Origin: Mytilus edulis
Taxonomy: Eukaryota
Assembly (NCBI RefSeq): GCF_963676685.1
Contig: NC_092354.1
Coordinates: 68,014,001 to 68,078,000, forward strand
Direction of reading: 5' to 3'
DNA length: 64,000 nucleotides
Shown here: piece after piece, positions 61,801 to 64,000 of the stretch
Layout: each line of letters starts with the position of its first letter
How positions within the stretch are numbered: position 1 is the stretch's first letter
Notes under the pieces: model-generated
Told to the model about the DNA's origin: nothing
Databases searched by the model: none
Seen by the model: only the letters and a program-made list of their open reading frames with translations
Made by a program: the position numbers and the translations under genes

Positions 61801-61914
61801 TTTGAAATCATAAATTCAAGTGAATATAAATTATTTACAAAATGAACTCAACATCTTTGTATTGGATCAGCACGCCTGACAGTATGCAGTTTAAGAAAGG
61901 GTAAAAAAGTACAT

Positions 61915-64000
61915 AAATAAATTCCAACATCATGGGTTACAGAAAGCCGATCCCTTAAAGACTTTTTAGCACAATTGTATTTTGCTGTGTCACTTTGCAA
62001 TCGACCATGCTTTTTGAACAATCGGTCCTCTTCACCAGCCGCTGCAGCAGCCGATGCTCCTCCTTAACGGAGACTATGCAGTCCAAATTGCTTGACTATC
62101 AAAGCCTATACTCTGTACGCTTGTAAATAGTATTTCCCGAGCTATCTAGTATGACAACGGACATGTACGTCTAAGTTAAGAAGTATGATCAGATTTACCA
62201 AAAATAACAGATGTAAATATAAATTCATCAGAATTTGATGTAATACTAGATAATTTGAGATAACGTTCAAACGTAGAGACAAGACAAGTTACAATATAAG
62301 TTCAAGAAATAACCACATACCTCCCTTCTCCTTAAAACATATAACTAGTTTAATAAACACATACAAACAGTTCATATATCTTTAAGATTACTATAAATTG
62401 ACCAAAATGTCAGGTGTAATAGGATCTTTTCTAGTAAACAAATGTTCTTATTCTCTCTGTGCTCCTTCATAAAAAAATGTTACTAATTCAAAGTTACAAA
62501 GATTATTGAAGTTAATCTGCCCAGCTAATGACGTATATCACTTCATTTATCTTGCTAGCCGATTAAGCACTCTGTGAAATGTAAATCAAATATAACGTAA
62601 ATGTGAAATCAGATGATGGTAATGGAGTAATCTGTTAAGTTCACTTACAGAAAGCATTAAAGGCATACTTGTGTATTTTACGATTGTTCAGAGAACATGA
62701 GCTCAAGTAACACTCTAGTAATCTAGCTTTTAATGTAGAAAGTTCATCCGAAGAATCTGAATTCTGTATCCATCTACCAACTCGAAAAATATCTGGAAAA
62801 TGTGCAATCGTGAATCAAACATTATAAAATATCAAAACCTGAGAACTTAATACAAACGAACAATGCCACTGTAAAATTAACAGGACCGTGTTTAATATTT
62901 TTTTTAAACGTGCCAGCTACAATGTTATAAACATTAGGGCCGTGTGGAATGCAACAATGCTTTCTACAATTTATATATATACATTAGGGCTTTATGAACA
63001 ACGACCGTATCTGCTATAATACACATTAGTGCATTTAATTTTACTGATAATACTTGAGCAATAAAAGTCTTAGTGCCAAACATGAATTTTTCTAATAACA
63101 CTACTGACACAAATACCGTTTGTATTTTTAAATTCATTAACATCCGATATGTAATCTCTGTAATTCATATCTTTTTCAAAAAACAGTCTACAGCTCCTGT
63201 ATTAACATTCCAGAATAAGGATTTCAATCTTTCTCATTTTCCGTTTCAAGAAAAAGCAAAACGATTGACTGTATATTAAAGGACCCCAAAGGCCGATAAT
63301 AAAAGTTTAGAAAATTTTGAAACGGCCCAGTCCTCATAATCAATGATTTGACTGATATAATCAGCTTTCAAATTTTTACCTCTCGGAATCCATTATAAGC
63401 TTAGGATTTTCATATTCCAGGCATAGATTACCTTAGCCGTATTTGGCACATCTTTTTGGAATTTTGGATCCTCAATGCTCTTCAACTTTGTACTTGTTTG
63501 GCTTTATGAATATTTTGATATGAGCGTCACTGATGAGTCTTATGTAGACGAAACGCGCGTCTGGCGTACTAAATTATAATCCTGGTACCTTTGATAACTA
63601 TTATGGAGATTCCCTTTTGTAAACAAATACAAAAACAAAAAGTGAAAATTGCCATATCTTGCAGTTTTGCTTTCATACTTCCTGCTTGAACAATTCTGAC
63701 ACAATTTTGATGATCAGTTAGCCATTGTAAGGATTTTCCCAAAAAATGGATGTAGATAAGATATCAACGCCAATTGTATGGCCTTAAATTTCCTTCATCA
63801 TGTTCATGTGGAACTCTCTAACATTTCAGCAGATTTTAACATAGTGTGCAAATTTTTACTTTCCAACTCTACTGTACATGCTCTGGCAGCTATGCTGCTA
63901 GCATGAGAATATATCAGAACAAGTGACTGACTACATTAATTTAATGTTTTAGAAATGACACTTGAAAAGTTATCAATCAAAAACTTCAATTATGATATAA
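61915..64000 (-). mobile_element. Decayed DIRS/Ngaro-type tyrosine-recombinase retrotransposon (RNase H, methyltransferase-like and YR remnants)
   Basis: Minus-strand translations. RNase H at about 63610-63930: ...FKAIQLAL...LQWLTDHQNCVRIVQAGSMKAKLQDMA. About 63180-63395: WIPRGKNLKADYISQIIDYEDWAVS...FWNVNTGAVDCF. YR at about 61920-62110: FGLHSLR*GGASAAAAAGEEDRLFKKHGR. Confidence 0.85.
63524..63567 (+). ncRNA. Intact minimal type I hammerhead ribozyme within a retrozyme/PLE-type repeat (about 63410-63602)
   Basis: GCGTCA CTGATGA GTCT-TATGT-AGAC GAAA CGCGCG TC TGGCGT: all core nucleotides present, stem I GCGUCA/UGGCGU, stem II GUCU/AGAC, palindromic stem III and GUC cleavage after 63561. Confidence 0.85.

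Noticed and set aside
62635-62802. Apparent spliced exon (DIFRVGRWIQ...) of a third host gene
   Set aside because: It lies directly upstream of, and on the same strand as, the decayed tyrosine recombinase, and is better explained as the start of the DIRS YR ORF.

Overview
AT-rich eukaryotic genomic DNA with GT-AG introns and one 100-N assembly gap at 28078-28177. The repeat families suggest a bivalve mollusc, most likely a Mytilus-type mussel (inference). The window has four main parts. (1) The 5' part of a Golgi alpha-mannosidase II (GH38, MAN2A-type) gene on the minus strand: 7 coding exons at 8522-645, continuing off the left edge. (2) Two tandem paralogous immunoglobulin-superfamily receptor genes on the minus strand, each with a signal peptide, five phase-1 Ig-like exons and a TM/Tyr-motif tail. 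Copy A (24211-13651) has an open frame. Copy B (58306-41421) carries a 23-nt frameshifting deletion and a premature stop. (3) Between them, head-to-head with copy A, a plus-strand transposon-like unit of about 11 kb (about 24960-36090). It encodes a roughly 1020-aa protein in which a RAG1-N-terminal/Chapa-type zinc module is fused to an Academ/DUF6589-like DDE core. Five further phase-1 exons could make a second, roughly 342-aa protein (MADS-like helix/hairpin, NLS, GR tail) by skipping the transposase exon. This unit is the best candidate for an undescribed system. (4) Many mobile elements: hAT MITEs with TSDs, foldback MITEs, an 8-kb TA-flanked TIR element in the last intron of Ig copy B, Penelope-like and CR1/L2 fragments, a decayed DIRS/Ngaro element, and several minimal hammerhead ribozymes including a retrozyme-like tandem dimer. 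All family assignments come from motif recognition by eye; no searches were run.
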